In this document: one piece after another, positions 17,613 through 26,708 of the stretch
Numbering within the stretch: position 1 is the first letter of the stretch
How the letters are laid out: each line of letters begins with the position of its first letter
Notes under the pieces: model-generated
What the model saw: only the letters and a program-made list of their open reading frames with translations
What the model was told of the DNA's origin: nothing
Database searches by the model: none
Program-made: the position numbers and the translations under genes
DNA from: an uncultured SAR86 cluster bacterium
Lineage (GTDB): Bacteria > Pseudomonadota > Gammaproteobacteria > Magnimaribacterales > AG-339-G14
Direction of reading: 5' to 3'
Assembly (NCBI GenBank): GCA_902553315.1
Contig: CACDKN010000004.1
Span: 6,668 to 70,667 of the forward strand
DNA length: 64,000 bases

Positions 17613-17689
17613 GGTGGGCGTAGCTCAGTTGGTAGAGCGCTGGTTTGTGGTACCGGTTGTCGTGGGTTCGAGTCCCATCGTCCACCCCA
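17613..17689 (+). tRNA. tRNA-His (anticodon GTG) with encoded G-1
   Basis: GGTGGGCGTAGCTCAGTTGGTAGAGC... CTGGT-TTGTGGT-ACCGG ... CCACCCCA, near-identical in layout to E. coli tRNA-His. Confidence 0.93.
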
Positions 17690-17702
17690 TATGGAGAAAA
17701 AT

Positions 17703-18998
17703 ATGTTTGGATTAGGAAAAAAAGATAAATTACAAAAACTTAAATTTAAGATTCTTTCAAAAGATTTGTTGCAAGAATACAAAATTAAGCTCTCTAAAGA
17801 ACAAGCATCATCTAATCTAAAAGGGTATAGAAAAGGAAAAGCTCCTCTGGAAGTGATTGAACAATACTATGGTGAACAGCTCAGAGCCAGAGTTATTTAC
17901 GAAACTATGACGAATGAATTCTATAAATTGATTACAGAAAAAAAGATTTCTGTGGTGGGTCAGCCTGCAATTAATCCGTTATCCATGGACATTAATAAAG
18001 ATATAAATGTAGAAGCATCCTATGAAGTTTATCCTGAATTTAATTTGAAGAAATTTTCTAATTTAAAGATTAAAAAACCCACATGCGATCTTAGCGAAGA
18101 AGATATAAAGACCACAATTACTAAAATGCAAAAGAGATTTGGCAAGCTTGAAAAGATTGACAAAGAGATATCTGAAGGATGTTTTGCAAAAATTGATTTT
18201 GAAGGATTCTTAGAAAATGAAAAATTTGAAGGTGGAGAAGCAAAAGACTATCTTATAGAAATTGGATCTAAGAATATGATTCCAGGTTTCGAGGATGGCT
18301 TAATTGGATTAAAGATTGGACAAAAGAAAGACTTAAATCTGAAATTTCCTGATGATTACCATGCTGAAAATTTAAAAGGTAAAGAAACATTATTTAAAAT
18401 TACTGTTAACGAAGTTTTAGAAACTCAACCAGCTGAATTGAATGAGAGTTTTTTTGAGCAAGCTGGGATTCCATCAAAATCTGAAGAAGAATTTAAAGAT
18501 AACTTGAAAAAACAACTAGAAAAGGATTTAAGAATTACAGAAAAAAGAAAATTGAAGGAAAGGATTTTTGACGCTGTAGAGGAACAAAATCTCATAGAAA
18601 TCCCTTCAGCAATGGTTTTAGCAGAAGCTCAAAATCTTAGAAATTCAGCTGCCCAACAAATGGGGATGGATCCAACAAAGCTGAAGGATGAAGAATTACC
18701 AATCAACACATTTGAAGAAAATGCCACCAAAAGGGTTAGATTAGGTGTGATTCTTAATAAAATTATAGAAGAAAGAAAAATCAAAAAAGATGATGATCTC
18801 ATAAAAGAACTTATCGATGAGAGAGCTAGCGGGTTTAAAGACCCTGAACAATATAAAAAATGGATTTTTAGTAGCGAAGAACAGTTAAAAAACATTGAAT
18901 CCATAGCTTTAGAGGAACAGGTTACAGAACTTATATCCTCAGAAGCAAAATGTGAATATGAAAAACTAAACTTTGAAGAAATTATGTCAATGAGTTAA
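17703..18998 (+). CDS. tig: Trigger factor
   Basis: The GYRKGKAPLEVIEQYYGEQL ribosome-binding signature (GFRxGxxP), a central FKBP-type PPIase (GFEDGLIGLK), and the position upstream of clpP. I prefer the ATG at 17703, which has a GGAG SD 6 nt upstream. The track start at 17691 lies only 2 nt after tRNA-His. Confidence 0.92.
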   Translation: MFGLGKKDKLQKLKFKILSKDLLQEYKIKLSKEQASSNLKGYRKGKAPLEVIEQYYGEQLRARVIYETMTNEFYKLITEKKISVVGQPAINPLSMDINKDINVEASYEVYPEFNLKKFSNLKIKKPTCDLSEEDIKTTITKMQKRFGKLEKIDKEISEGCFAKIDFEGFLENEKFEGGEAKDYLIEIGSKNMIPGFEDGLIGLKIGQKKDLNLKFPDDYHAENLKGKETLFKITVNEVLETQPAELNESFFEQAGIPSKSEEEFKDNLKKQLEKDLRITEKRKLKERIFDAVEEQNLIEIPSAMVLAEAQNLRNSAAQQMGMDPTKLKDEELPINTFEENATKRVRLGVILNKIIEERKIKKDDDLIKELIDERASGFKDPEQYKKWIFSSEEQLKNIESIALEEQVTELISSEAKCEYEKLNFEEIMSMS

Positions 18999-19007
18999 AT
19001 TATTTAA

Positions 19008-19610
19008 ATGAAAACTTTTAACCAGCTGGTTCCAATGGTAGTGGAACAAACTCCAAGAGGGGAGAGAGCATTCGACATTTACTCAAGACTTCTTAAAGAA
19101 AGAGTAATATTTATCACCGGAACAGTTGAAGACCAGATGGCAAATTTAATTGTTGCTCAACTTCTATTTTTGGAAGCAGAAAATCCTGATAAAGATATTA
19201 ATCTTTACATTAATTCTCCTGGAGGATCTGTGACTTCAGGTCTTTCGATATATGACACAATGACTTACATCAAGCCTGACATTAGTACTTTATGCATCGG
19301 ACAAGCTTGCAGCATGGGAGCAGTGCTTCTTGCTGGAGGTTCTAAGGGAAAAAGATTTGCTCTTCCAAATTCTAGAATAATGATTCATCAACCTATGGGT
19401 GGCTTCCAAGGACAAGCAACAGATATTGAAATTCAAGCCAAAGAAATGTTAAAAATAAGAACTAAATTAAATGAAATTTTGTCAAATCATTGCGGTCAAT
19501 CACTTGATAAAATTTCTGAAGACACGGAACGTGATAATTTTATGTCGGGTGAAGAAGCTTGCGAATACGGTCTGATTGATAAAGTTTTGAGTGAAAGAAC
19601 AGAAATATGA
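19008..19610 (+). CDS. clpP: ATP-dependent Clp protease proteolytic subunit
   Basis: 200 aa. [35 protein letters not shown] (active Ser), and MIHQP. Confidence 0.97.
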   Translation: MKTFNQLVPMVVEQTPRGERAFDIYSRLLKERVIFITGTVEDQMANLIVAQLLFLEAENPDKDINLYINSPGGSVTSGLSIYDTMTYIKPDISTLCIGQACSMGAVLLAGGSKGKRFALPNSRIMIHQPMGGFQGQATDIEIQAKEMLKIRTKLNEILSNHCGQSLDKISEDTERDNFMSGEEACEYGLIDKVLSERTEI

Positions 19611-20872
19611 CAGATACTGAAACTAAAGAGAAACAATTATTTTGTTCATTTTGTGGGAAGAATCAAAGTGAAGTTAAGAAACTTATTGCCGGTCCATCAG
19701 TTTACATTTGCGATGAATGCGTGGCTCTATGCAATGACATCATAAAAGAGGATTCCAATGACGACAAAAATGAGGATAAGAAAGAAAATCTTCCTATCCC
19801 CGCAGAGATAAATGCAATTCTTGATCAATACGTTATAGGTCAAAGCGATGCAAAAAAAATTCTTTCAGTAGCTGTTTATAATCATTATAAGAGATTAAAA
19901 AATACAAATTTAGCTGACGATGTCGAGTTGGGAAAAAGCAACATCTTACTTTTAGGCCCAACGGGAAGCGGTAAAACTCTTCTAGCACAAACTTTGGCAA
20001 GACTTCTTGATGTTCCCTTTACTATAGCTGATGCAACAACTCTTACTGAAGCAGGATATGTTGGCGAAGATGTAGAAAATATTATTCAAAAGTTATTACA
20101 AAAATGCGATTACGACGTTGAAAAAGCTCAGCTGGGAATCGTTTATATCGATGAAATAGATAAAATTGCCAGAAAATCTGATAATCCATCCATTACAAGA
20201 GATGTTTCTGGTGAAGGAGTACAACAAGCATTGCTTAAGTTAATTGAAGGCACAACTGCCTCTGTTCCCCCTCAAGGAGGAAGAAAACATCCTCAGCAAG
20301 AATTTCTTCAAGTAGATACATCAAATATATTGTTTATTTGTGGTGGAGCTTTTTCAGGACTAGATGAAATCATAAGAAGTCGCTCAGATGAGAAAGGTAT
20401 TGGCTTTGAGGCATCGGTAACAAGGAAACTTGAATCTAAGAGTGCAGCTGAAACAATCAAAAAAGTTAAACCAGAGGATTTGATTAAATATGGATTAATT
20501 CCGGAATTCATAGGAAGGCTTCCCGTTACAGCTTGTTTAGAGGAACTTGACGAAGAAGCTTTGGTTACAATTTTGACTGAACCCAAAAATTCATTGACTA
20601 AACAGTTTAATAAACTTTTCGAAATGGAAAATGTTGAATTAGACATTCGTGATGATGCATTAAATGAGATAGCTAAGAAAGCAATTTCTATGAAAACCGG
20701 TGCGCGAGGGTTGAGATCTATAATAGAAAATATTCTTTTAGACACCATGTATCAGGTTCCATCTGAAAATGAGTTGGAAAAAGTTGTTGTCGATTCTTCA
20801 TGCGTTAATGGAGAATCAGCACCTCTTTACGTTTACCAAAATGAATCAAAAGCACAAGAAGAAAAAAATTAG
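19607..20872 (+). CDS. clpX: ATP-dependent Clp protease ATP-binding subunit ClpX
   Basis: 421 aa. Zinc-binding domain CSFCGK...CDEC, Walker A GPTGSGKT, and [13 protein letters not shown] overlap with clpP. Confidence 0.97.
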   Translation: MTDTETKEKQLFCSFCGKNQSEVKKLIAGPSVYICDECVALCNDIIKEDSNDDKNEDKKENLPIPAEINAILDQYVIGQSDAKKILSVAVYNHYKRLKNTNLADDVELGKSNILLLGPTGSGKTLLAQTLARLLDVPFTIADATTLTEAGYVGEDVENIIQKLLQKCDYDVEKAQLGIVYIDEIDKIARKSDNPSITRDVSGEGVQQALLKLIEGTTASVPPQGGRKHPQQEFLQVDTSNILFICGGAFSGLDEIIRSRSDEKGIGFEASVTRKLESKSAAETIKKVKPEDLIKYGLIPEFIGRLPVTACLEELDEEALVTILTEPKNSLTKQFNKLFEMENVELDIRDDALNEIAKKAISMKTGARGLRSIIENILLDTMYQVPSENELEKVVVDSSCVNGESAPLYVYQNESKAQEEKN

Positions 20873-20925
20873 TCACTTGTTTTTTTAACTTTTGTCCTTA
20901 TTATAAAATTATATAAAAGAAAGTT

Positions 20926-23310
20926 ATGTTATTACCTTTAGTACCATTAAGAGATGTTGTAATTTTTCCAGGGGTTGTTACTCCTTTATTTGTTGGAAGA
21001 GATAAGTCTATAAATGCTCTTCAGAAAGCAATGTCTGAAGATAAATCTGTGATGCTTATTGCTCAAAGGAATGCGAACGATGAAGATCCATCTATTGATG
21101 AGATGTATAAGATCGGAACAGTTTCAACTATCTTACAATTAATCAAATTACCAGACGGTACTTTCAAAGTTCTAGTCGAAGGCATCAAAAGAGCTAGTTT
21201 AGAAAAGATAAAAGATAAGAAGGATTATGTTGAATCAGAAGTTGAAATTTTGAATTCAAAATCTATGGATGACGATTTACAGCAAAGTTATTTGAATACA
21301 CTCAAATCTCAATTTAAGGATCTATCCAAATCTTCAGCAAAAATTAGACCAGAAGTTTTAAGTCAAGCACGTTCGATTGAGAGGTTAGATAAACTCATTG
21401 ATACTTTAGTTGGGCATTTATCACTATCTTTAGAAGATAGACAAATTTTGCTTGAAGAAATAGATTTAGAAGAAAGATCAAAAAACTTAGTTTCGCTACT
21501 CGAAAATCAACTTGATTTGACTCAAATGGAGAAAAAAATTAGAGACAGAGTCAAAAAGCAAATGGAAAAAAGCCAGAAGGAGTACTATCTGAGTGAACAA
21601 ATGAAAGCTCTGAAAAAAGAAATGGGCGAAGGCGAAGATGTTGATGACGAAATAGAAGTTATTGAGAAAAAAATTAAAGATTCAGGTATGCCCGAAGAAG
21701 CCGTAGAAAAAGTTAATACTGAATTAAACAAATTCAAACTAATGCCACCAATGTCAGCTGAAGCTTCAGTTGTTAGAGGTTATATAGACTGGATGATCAG
21801 CATTCCTTGGAAGAAAAAATCAAAGATTCAAAAAAGTATTACAAAAGCTTCTGAAATTTTAGAAAACGACCATCATGGTCTTGAAGAAGTAAAAGAGCGA
21901 ATATTAGAATTTTTATCAGTTCAAAAAAGAGTAAGCAAGATTAAAGGTCCAGTTTTATGTCTTGTAGGCCCTCCTGGAGTTGGAAAAACCTCTCTTGGAG
22001 AATCTATTGCAAGAGCTACAGGCAGAGAATTTATAAGAGTCGCCCTCGGCGGAGTTAGAGACGAGGCAGAAATTAGAGGACATAGAAGAACTTATATTGG
22101 CTCAATGCCTGGAAAGATTTTACAAAAAATGTCTAAAGTTGGCGTCAAGAATCCTTTATTTTTGTTGGATGAAATAGATAAGATCGGAGCTGACTATCGT
22201 GGTGATCCTTCTTCAGCTTTATTGGAAGTCCTAGACCCAGAACAAAACCATACATTTAACGATCATTACTTAGAAGTTGATTATGATCTTTCAGATGTAA
22301 TGTTTGTTTGTACTGCTAATTCTTTGAACATTCCTGGTCCACTGTTAGACAGAATGGAAATTATAAGACTTCCTGGTTACACAGAGGATGAAAAATTAAG
22401 TATTGCCAAAAATTATTTAGTCCCTAAACAGTTAGAAAATAATGGTCTTAAAGAAAATGAAATATCCTTCGAAGATTCTGGAATTTTAGATGCAATCAGA
22501 TATTTCACGAGAGAGGCTGGCGTGCGAGCCTTAGAAAGAGAAATAGCAAAAATCTGTAGAAAAACTATCAAAAAAATTGCTGATCTCAAAAGAAAAACGA
22601 AACAGAAAATTTCATCAAAAAACATTGAAGACTTCCTCGGAGTAAAAAAATTCGATTTTGGTGAAGCCAAAGAGAAAGATAGAATCGGCCAAGTTACAGG
22701 GTTAGCTTGGACTCAAGTAGGCGGCGAATTATTAACTATTGAAGCTTCTGCCTTTAAAGGAAAGGGAAAAATTATTAAGACTGGTAAACTTGGAGACGTC
22801 ATGCAAGAGTCTATACAGGCCGCAATTTCTGTAGTTAGGTCTAGATCTGAGGGATTAGGTATAAACCCAGACTTTCATGAATTAAATGATATTCATATTC
22901 ACGTGCCAGAAGGAGCCACACCAAAAGACGGTCCAAGCGCAGGAATTGCAATGGTTACTGCTGTAACATCCGTGTTAGCGAACTTACCAGTTAGAGCCGA
23001 TGTTGCCATGACTGGAGAAATTACCCTTAGAGGTGAAGTATTGAAAATTGGTGGCTTAAAAGAAAAGTTACTTGCTGCTAGAAGAGGAGGGATAAAGACA
23101 GTCTTAATTCCTGACGGTAATCTCGGGGATTTAAAAGAAATACCAGAAAAAATAAAAGACAATTTACAAATTAAGCCTGTCAAATGGATAGACGAAGTTT
23201 TCAAGGTAGTATTTACTGAAGAACCTAAACCTTGGGTTAGTGAAAAGGAAGAAAATTCTAAAACCCAAAAAATTTCAAAAAATAAAAAAAATAAGCTTGA
23301 AACTCATTAA
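20926..23310 (+). CDS. lon: Lon protease (LonA)
   Basis: 794 aa. N-terminal LPLVPLRDVVIFPG, Walker A GPPGVGKTS, and proteolytic PKDGPSAG (catalytic Ser). Confidence 0.97.
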   Translation: MLLPLVPLRDVVIFPGVVTPLFVGRDKSINALQKAMSEDKSVMLIAQRNANDEDPSIDEMYKIGTVSTILQLIKLPDGTFKVLVEGIKRASLEKIKDKKDYVESEVEILNSKSMDDDLQQSYLNTLKSQFKDLSKSSAKIRPEVLSQARSIERLDKLIDTLVGHLSLSLEDRQILLEEIDLEERSKNLVSLLENQLDLTQMEKKIRDRVKKQMEKSQKEYYLSEQMKALKKEMGEGEDVDDEIEVIEKKIKDSGMPEEAVEKVNTELNKFKLMPPMSAEASVVRGYIDWMISIPWKKKSKIQKSITKASEILENDHHGLEEVKERILEFLSVQKRVSKIKGPVLCLVGPPGVGKTSLGESIARATGREFIRVALGGVRDEAEIRGHRRTYIGSMPGKILQKMSKVGVKNPLFLLDEIDKIGADYRGDPSSALLEVLDPEQNHTFNDHYLEVDYDLSDVMFVCTANSLNIPGPLLDRMEIIRLPGYTEDEKLSIAKNYLVPKQLENNGLKENEISFEDSGILDAIRYFTREAGVRALEREIAKICRKTIKKIADLKRKTKQKISSKNIEDFLGVKKFDFGEAKEKDRIGQVTGLAWTQVGGELLTIEASAFKGKGKIIKTGKLGDVMQESIQAAISVVRSRSEGLGINPDFHELNDIHIHVPEGATPKDGPSAGIAMVTAVTSVLANLPVRADVAMTGEITLRGEVLKIGGLKEKLLAARRGGIKTVLIPDGNLGDLKEIPEKIKDNLQIKPVKWIDEVFKVVFTEEPKPWVSEKEENSKTQKISKNKKNKLETH

Positions 23311-23339
23311 AATTTTATCTAAGAGTTAATCAGATCCGC

Positions 23340-23368
23340 TTGACATCCCTCAAACTTAGGATATAAAT
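23340..23368 (+). promoter_or_regulatory. Sigma-70-type promoter upstream of hupB
   Basis: TTGACA (23340-23345), a 17-nt spacer, then ATAAAT (23363-23368). This sits about 65 nt upstream of the hupB ATG. Confidence 0.55.
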
Positions 23369-23432
23369 GAATATGGTTATTAATCATTATTAGTAATTAA
23401 TACATTTTTTTAATTTTTAAATAGAGAGAGTT

Positions 23433-23702
23433 ATGAATAAAGCGGAATTAATTGATGCAGTATCGTCTGCAACTGACATGTCAAAGGCTGAAGCGGGGAG
23501 AGCTCTGGATGCTGTATTAGACGGTATATCAGGTGCATTAAGTAGTGGTGACCAAGTTGCTTTGGTTGGTTTTGGTACCTTCTTGGTAAGAGAAAGAGCA
23601 GCAAGAATGGGAAGAAATCCACAAACAGGAGCAAGTATTCAAATAGCTGCTTCTAAAGGTGTTGGTTTCAAGCCAGGAAAAGCTCTTAAAGACAGTTTGT
23701 AA
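23433..23702 (+). CDS. hupB: DNA-binding protein HU (beta-like)
   Basis: 89 aa. [10 protein letters not shown]... [20 protein letters not shown] is the canonical HU/IHF fold signature. Located downstream of lon. Confidence 0.95.
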   Translation: MNKAELIDAVSSATDMSKAEAGRALDAVLDGISGALSSGDQVALVGFGTFLVRERAARMGRNPQTGASIQIAASKGVGFKPGKALKDSL

Positions 23703-23716
23703 TAACTGTATAATTA

Positions 23717-23746
23717 AAAACGCGTCGTAATGGCGCGTTTTTTTTT
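23717..23746 (+). terminator. Rho-independent terminator after hupB
   Basis: CGCGUC-GUAAU-GGCGCG hairpin (23721-23737) followed by 9 U. Confidence 0.85.
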
Positions 23747-23752
23747 GGAATT

Positions 23753-25567
23753 ATGTCAGCCATATCAAATATAAGAAAAAATTTATCCTCTACTGGTTCT
23801 TCAATCATTGTGGGTCTAATTGTTTTCGTACTAGTAGCAACTTTTGGAGGATTTATAGGTAATTCTAATATTTCAAGCAATGAAATATTTTCTGTGAATG
23901 GCAAAGGCATTCATATTGGTGAATACAATTTAGAAGCAAATAGAATAGCTTCAAGTCTTAATGAATCACAAGACTTTACTGAAGAAGAAATAGAAAGTTT
24001 TACAAAGGAATCTATCATTTTTAAAGAAATGTTTTCTCAACAGGCTGAAAGTATTGGTTTAAAAATATCTGAAGAAAATATTAATGATTTAATCAGAAGC
24101 GATTTAAGTCTTTATTCAGAAGAAAAATTTGATGCAGATTTGTTTAGAGGGTTATTAACAAGATTGGGGATGACGGTTGATGATTATAGAGAACTGATTC
24201 AATCAAAATATTTAGCGTCTAGGTTACTAGATTTTTATGACAATACTGCTTTTATATCTACTAATGAAGCTAAAAATTTTATTGCAAACTCTAAACAAAA
24301 AAGGGATTTAAGATTTAGAAAAATCTCTTTGGAGGAGTTAGCAACTTCGCAAGAAATATCGAATGAAGAAATAGAAGATTATTACAATAATTATCCCAGC
24401 GAATTTAAATCTTTAAAAAAAATAAATTTTAGATCTGTATTTTTTTCTAAAGATAACTTTAAGGAAAATTTTCAAATTACTAGTGATGAAATTGAAGACG
24501 AAAAGATAGCCTTAAAATCTTCTCAAAACTTAAACGGACAAATAAGAGTAAGCCATATTCAATTGTCTTACGAAGATAATCAAGCAAAAGAGGAAAAAAG
24601 ACTCATTGCAGACGAGATTATTTCTAGAATTGCTAAAGGCGAGGAAACATTTGAAGAACTAGTTACGCTTTATTCAGACGATATTGGAACCAATAAGATT
24701 GGTGGAGACCTCGGCTTCACAGACGGAACTTTATTCCCAGAAGAATTTGAACAAGAATTAGCTTCTTTGAATCCTCAAGAGGTGTCGCAAATAATTGAAC
24801 TAGATAATTCATTTCATATTCTGAAAGTTACACAAAAAAATATTTTTGATTTATCTGATGAACAAGTAGCTGAAAGGATAATATCCGTTAAATCCGAAGA
24901 GGAACTACAAAATATTTTAAATGAAATAGATGAAAATTTAGATAATACAACTTTAAGTGAAATCTCTGAGTCTTATGATTTTTTTATTGAAGATAATAAG
25001 AATTTATCTATTACTGATCTTATTACTGAGTATGAGGATTTAGAATTTATCGACGATTTTGAGCGAAACAATATCTTTTTAGATGAACTATATGGTCCAT
25101 ATGATTTCAATGGGGGTTACTTACTAATTGAACCTTATGAATTTTTTCCAAGCACTTTAAAATCTCTGAGCGACGTAAAAAATGAAATTGAAGAAACTTT
25201 AAAATTAGCTTCTGCTCAAATATTGATGCCTGAAAAAATTAATGAAGATATTTCTAATTTACAAAATGAAGTGAATCTAGAAAGATTCGTGTCTTATTCT
25301 GACGTTGAAAGAGACACAAGTTTATTTCCTCAAGAAGTAACAAATTCAATTTTTTCTGTTTCTCAATTAGAAGGCGATAACTCAATCATCAGTAATGTTC
25401 ATCTTGGCGATGCTTACATCATACAATTATTAGATGTTAAAGATTTTGAAGGAGTAATTTCTTTAGAAGAAATAACTGAGACAAAGAATGCCTTAAACCT
25501 TGCTTTGAATGAAATTGAAAAAGATTACCTTTACGGTCAATTAAGAGAAAAAGCTTCAATAAACTAA
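23753..25567 (+). CDS. ppiD: Periplasmic chaperone / peptidyl-prolyl isomerase PpiD
   Basis: 604 aa. A single N-terminal TM helix ([17 protein letters not shown]), a parvulin-like segment (VSHIQLSY...GGDLGF), and the conserved position after hupB. Confidence 0.85.
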   Translation: MSAISNIRKNLSSTGSSIIVGLIVFVLVATFGGFIGNSNISSNEIFSVNGKGIHIGEYNLEANRIASSLNESQDFTEEEIESFTKESIIFKEMFSQQAESIGLKISEENINDLIRSDLSLYSEEKFDADLFRGLLTRLGMTVDDYRELIQSKYLASRLLDFYDNTAFISTNEAKNFIANSKQKRDLRFRKISLEELATSQEISNEEIEDYYNNYPSEFKSLKKINFRSVFFSKDNFKENFQITSDEIEDEKIALKSSQNLNGQIRVSHIQLSYEDNQAKEEKRLIADEIISRIAKGEETFEELVTLYSDDIGTNKIGGDLGFTDGTLFPEEFEQELASLNPQEVSQIIELDNSFHILKVTQKNIFDLSDEQVAERIISVKSEEELQNILNEIDENLDNTTLSEISESYDFFIEDNKNLSITDLITEYEDLEFIDDFERNNIFLDELYGPYDFNGGYLLIEPYEFFPSTLKSLSDVKNEIEETLKLASAQILMPEKINEDISNLQNEVNLERFVSYSDVERDTSLFPQEVTNSIFSVSQLEGDNSIISNVHLGDAYIIQLLDVKDFEGVISLEEITETKNALNLALNEIEKDYLYGQLREKASIN

Positions 25568-26358
25568 TCTACTTCCGAAAGATCTCCCATCGCCGTAATA
25601 TTAAATCCAGCGTCCACATATAAAATCTCTCCAGTAATTCCACTGGCTAAATCTGAACAAAGAAAGGCAGCAGCATTACCAACTTCCTCAGTTGTGATAT
25701 TTCTCATTAATGGAGCTCTCGAAGCATTATAGGAGAGCATTTTTCTAAAGCTTTTTATTCCTGAAGCAGCCAGAGTTTTAACAGGTCCGGCAGATATGGC
25801 ATTCACTCTAATGTTTTCTTTTCCTAAACTATTGGCTAAATATCTAGTAGTAGATTCTAATCCGGCTTTTGCAACACCCATGACATTGTAATTTGGCAAG
25901 GTCCTTACTGCTCCAAGATAAGATAATGTTAGTAAAGCAGCATTTCTATCTTTCATGAGTTTTCTTGAAGCCTTTGCAAGAGCAGTGAAGCTAAAGACAC
26001 TAATGTCATGAGCTATTTTAAAACCTTCTCTGGTGGCGACCTCTGTAAAGTCTCCTTCTAATTCATTTGCGGGAGCAAATCCCACAGCATGAACTAAACC
26101 ATCCAAATAACCCCATTTTGATTCTACTTCATTTATTAAATTAGCAATGGATTCGTCATTAGAAACGTCGCATTCGATGTAAGCTTCACAATTAATTTTA
26201 CTTCCAACTTGCTCAACTTTCTTCTTTAACCTATCGGATTGATAGGAAAGAATAATGTTTGCGCTTTGAGAATGCATGGACTCAGCAATACCAGCAGCAA
26301 TAGAAAATTTGTTGGCAACACCAACGATCAGTATCTTTTTGTCTTTTAAAAAACTCAT
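25564..26358 (-). CDS. fabI: Enoyl-ACP reductase (NADH)
   Basis: 264 aa. [29 protein letters not shown] aligns with E. coli FabI [31 protein letters not shown]..AK catalytic motif ([12 protein letters not shown]). Confidence 0.95.
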   Translation of the reverse strand: MSFLKDKKILIVGVANKFSIAAGIAESMHSQSANIILSYQSDRLKKKVEQVGSKINCEAYIECDVSNDESIANLINEVESKWGYLDGLVHAVGFAPANELEGDFTEVATREGFKIAHDISVFSFTALAKASRKLMKDRNAALLTLSYLGAVRTLPNYNVMGVAKAGLESTTRYLANSLGKENIRVNAISAGPVKTLAASGIKSFRKMLSYNASRAPLMRNITTEEVGNAAAFLCSDLASGITGEILYVDAGFNITAMGDLSEVD

Positions 26359-26395
26359 TTTATAATTTTATCACGTTAAGTATAATTACACGTTT

Positions 26396-26665
26396 ATGAA
26401 ATATAGCCATTTTCTGTTTCTTTCTTTATTCGCTCTTTTAAGCTTATCGAGTCATGGATTTGAGCAAGAGCATGAGCACGACTTTCATGAAGAAGAATCT
26501 GAGCAACATTGCATTTCTTGTCATCTTCTTGAATTTTCTATTGAAACTAATAAATTAGATGGAAATTTTATTTCTACACAAAGTATTTATTACTTTTCAA
26601 AAAAAGAAAATCTAAATAATTTTAAAACACAAAATTCAGATGTAAGAGCTCCACCAATTAGTTAA
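26396..26665 (+). CDS. Small secreted His/Glu-rich protein with HCxxCH motif (DUF2946-like by recollection)
   Basis: 89 aa. Signal peptide MKYSHFLFLSLFALLSLSS, then HGFEQEHEHDFHEEESEQHCISCH. No SD. A TATAAT at 26381-26386 would give a leaderless or near-leaderless mRNA. Lies directly upstream of a TonB-dependent receptor. Confidence 0.6.
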   Translation: MKYSHFLFLSLFALLSLSSHGFEQEHEHDFHEEESEQHCISCHLLEFSIETNKLDGNFISTQSIYYFSKKENLNNFKTQNSDVRAPPIS

Positions 26666-26708
26666 AACTTTTTTTATTTTTTTAACTTATTTAAAAACAG
26701 GAGTTTTT

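Noticed and set aside
17482-17782. Minus-strand track ORFs 17482..17685 and 17525..17782.
   Set aside because: They run across tRNA-Arg, tRNA-His and the tig start. They are artefacts of open frames through GC-rich tRNA genes.
20308-20748. A 146-aa antisense ORF inside clpX. Similar long antisense ORFs occur at 12163..12564, 16555..16935, 22899..23204 and 47155..47520.
   Set aside because: Each is fully embedded opposite a well-supported conserved gene and has a Ser/Leu/Ile-rich, motif-free translation. There are no independent start signals, so I treat them as shadow ORFs.
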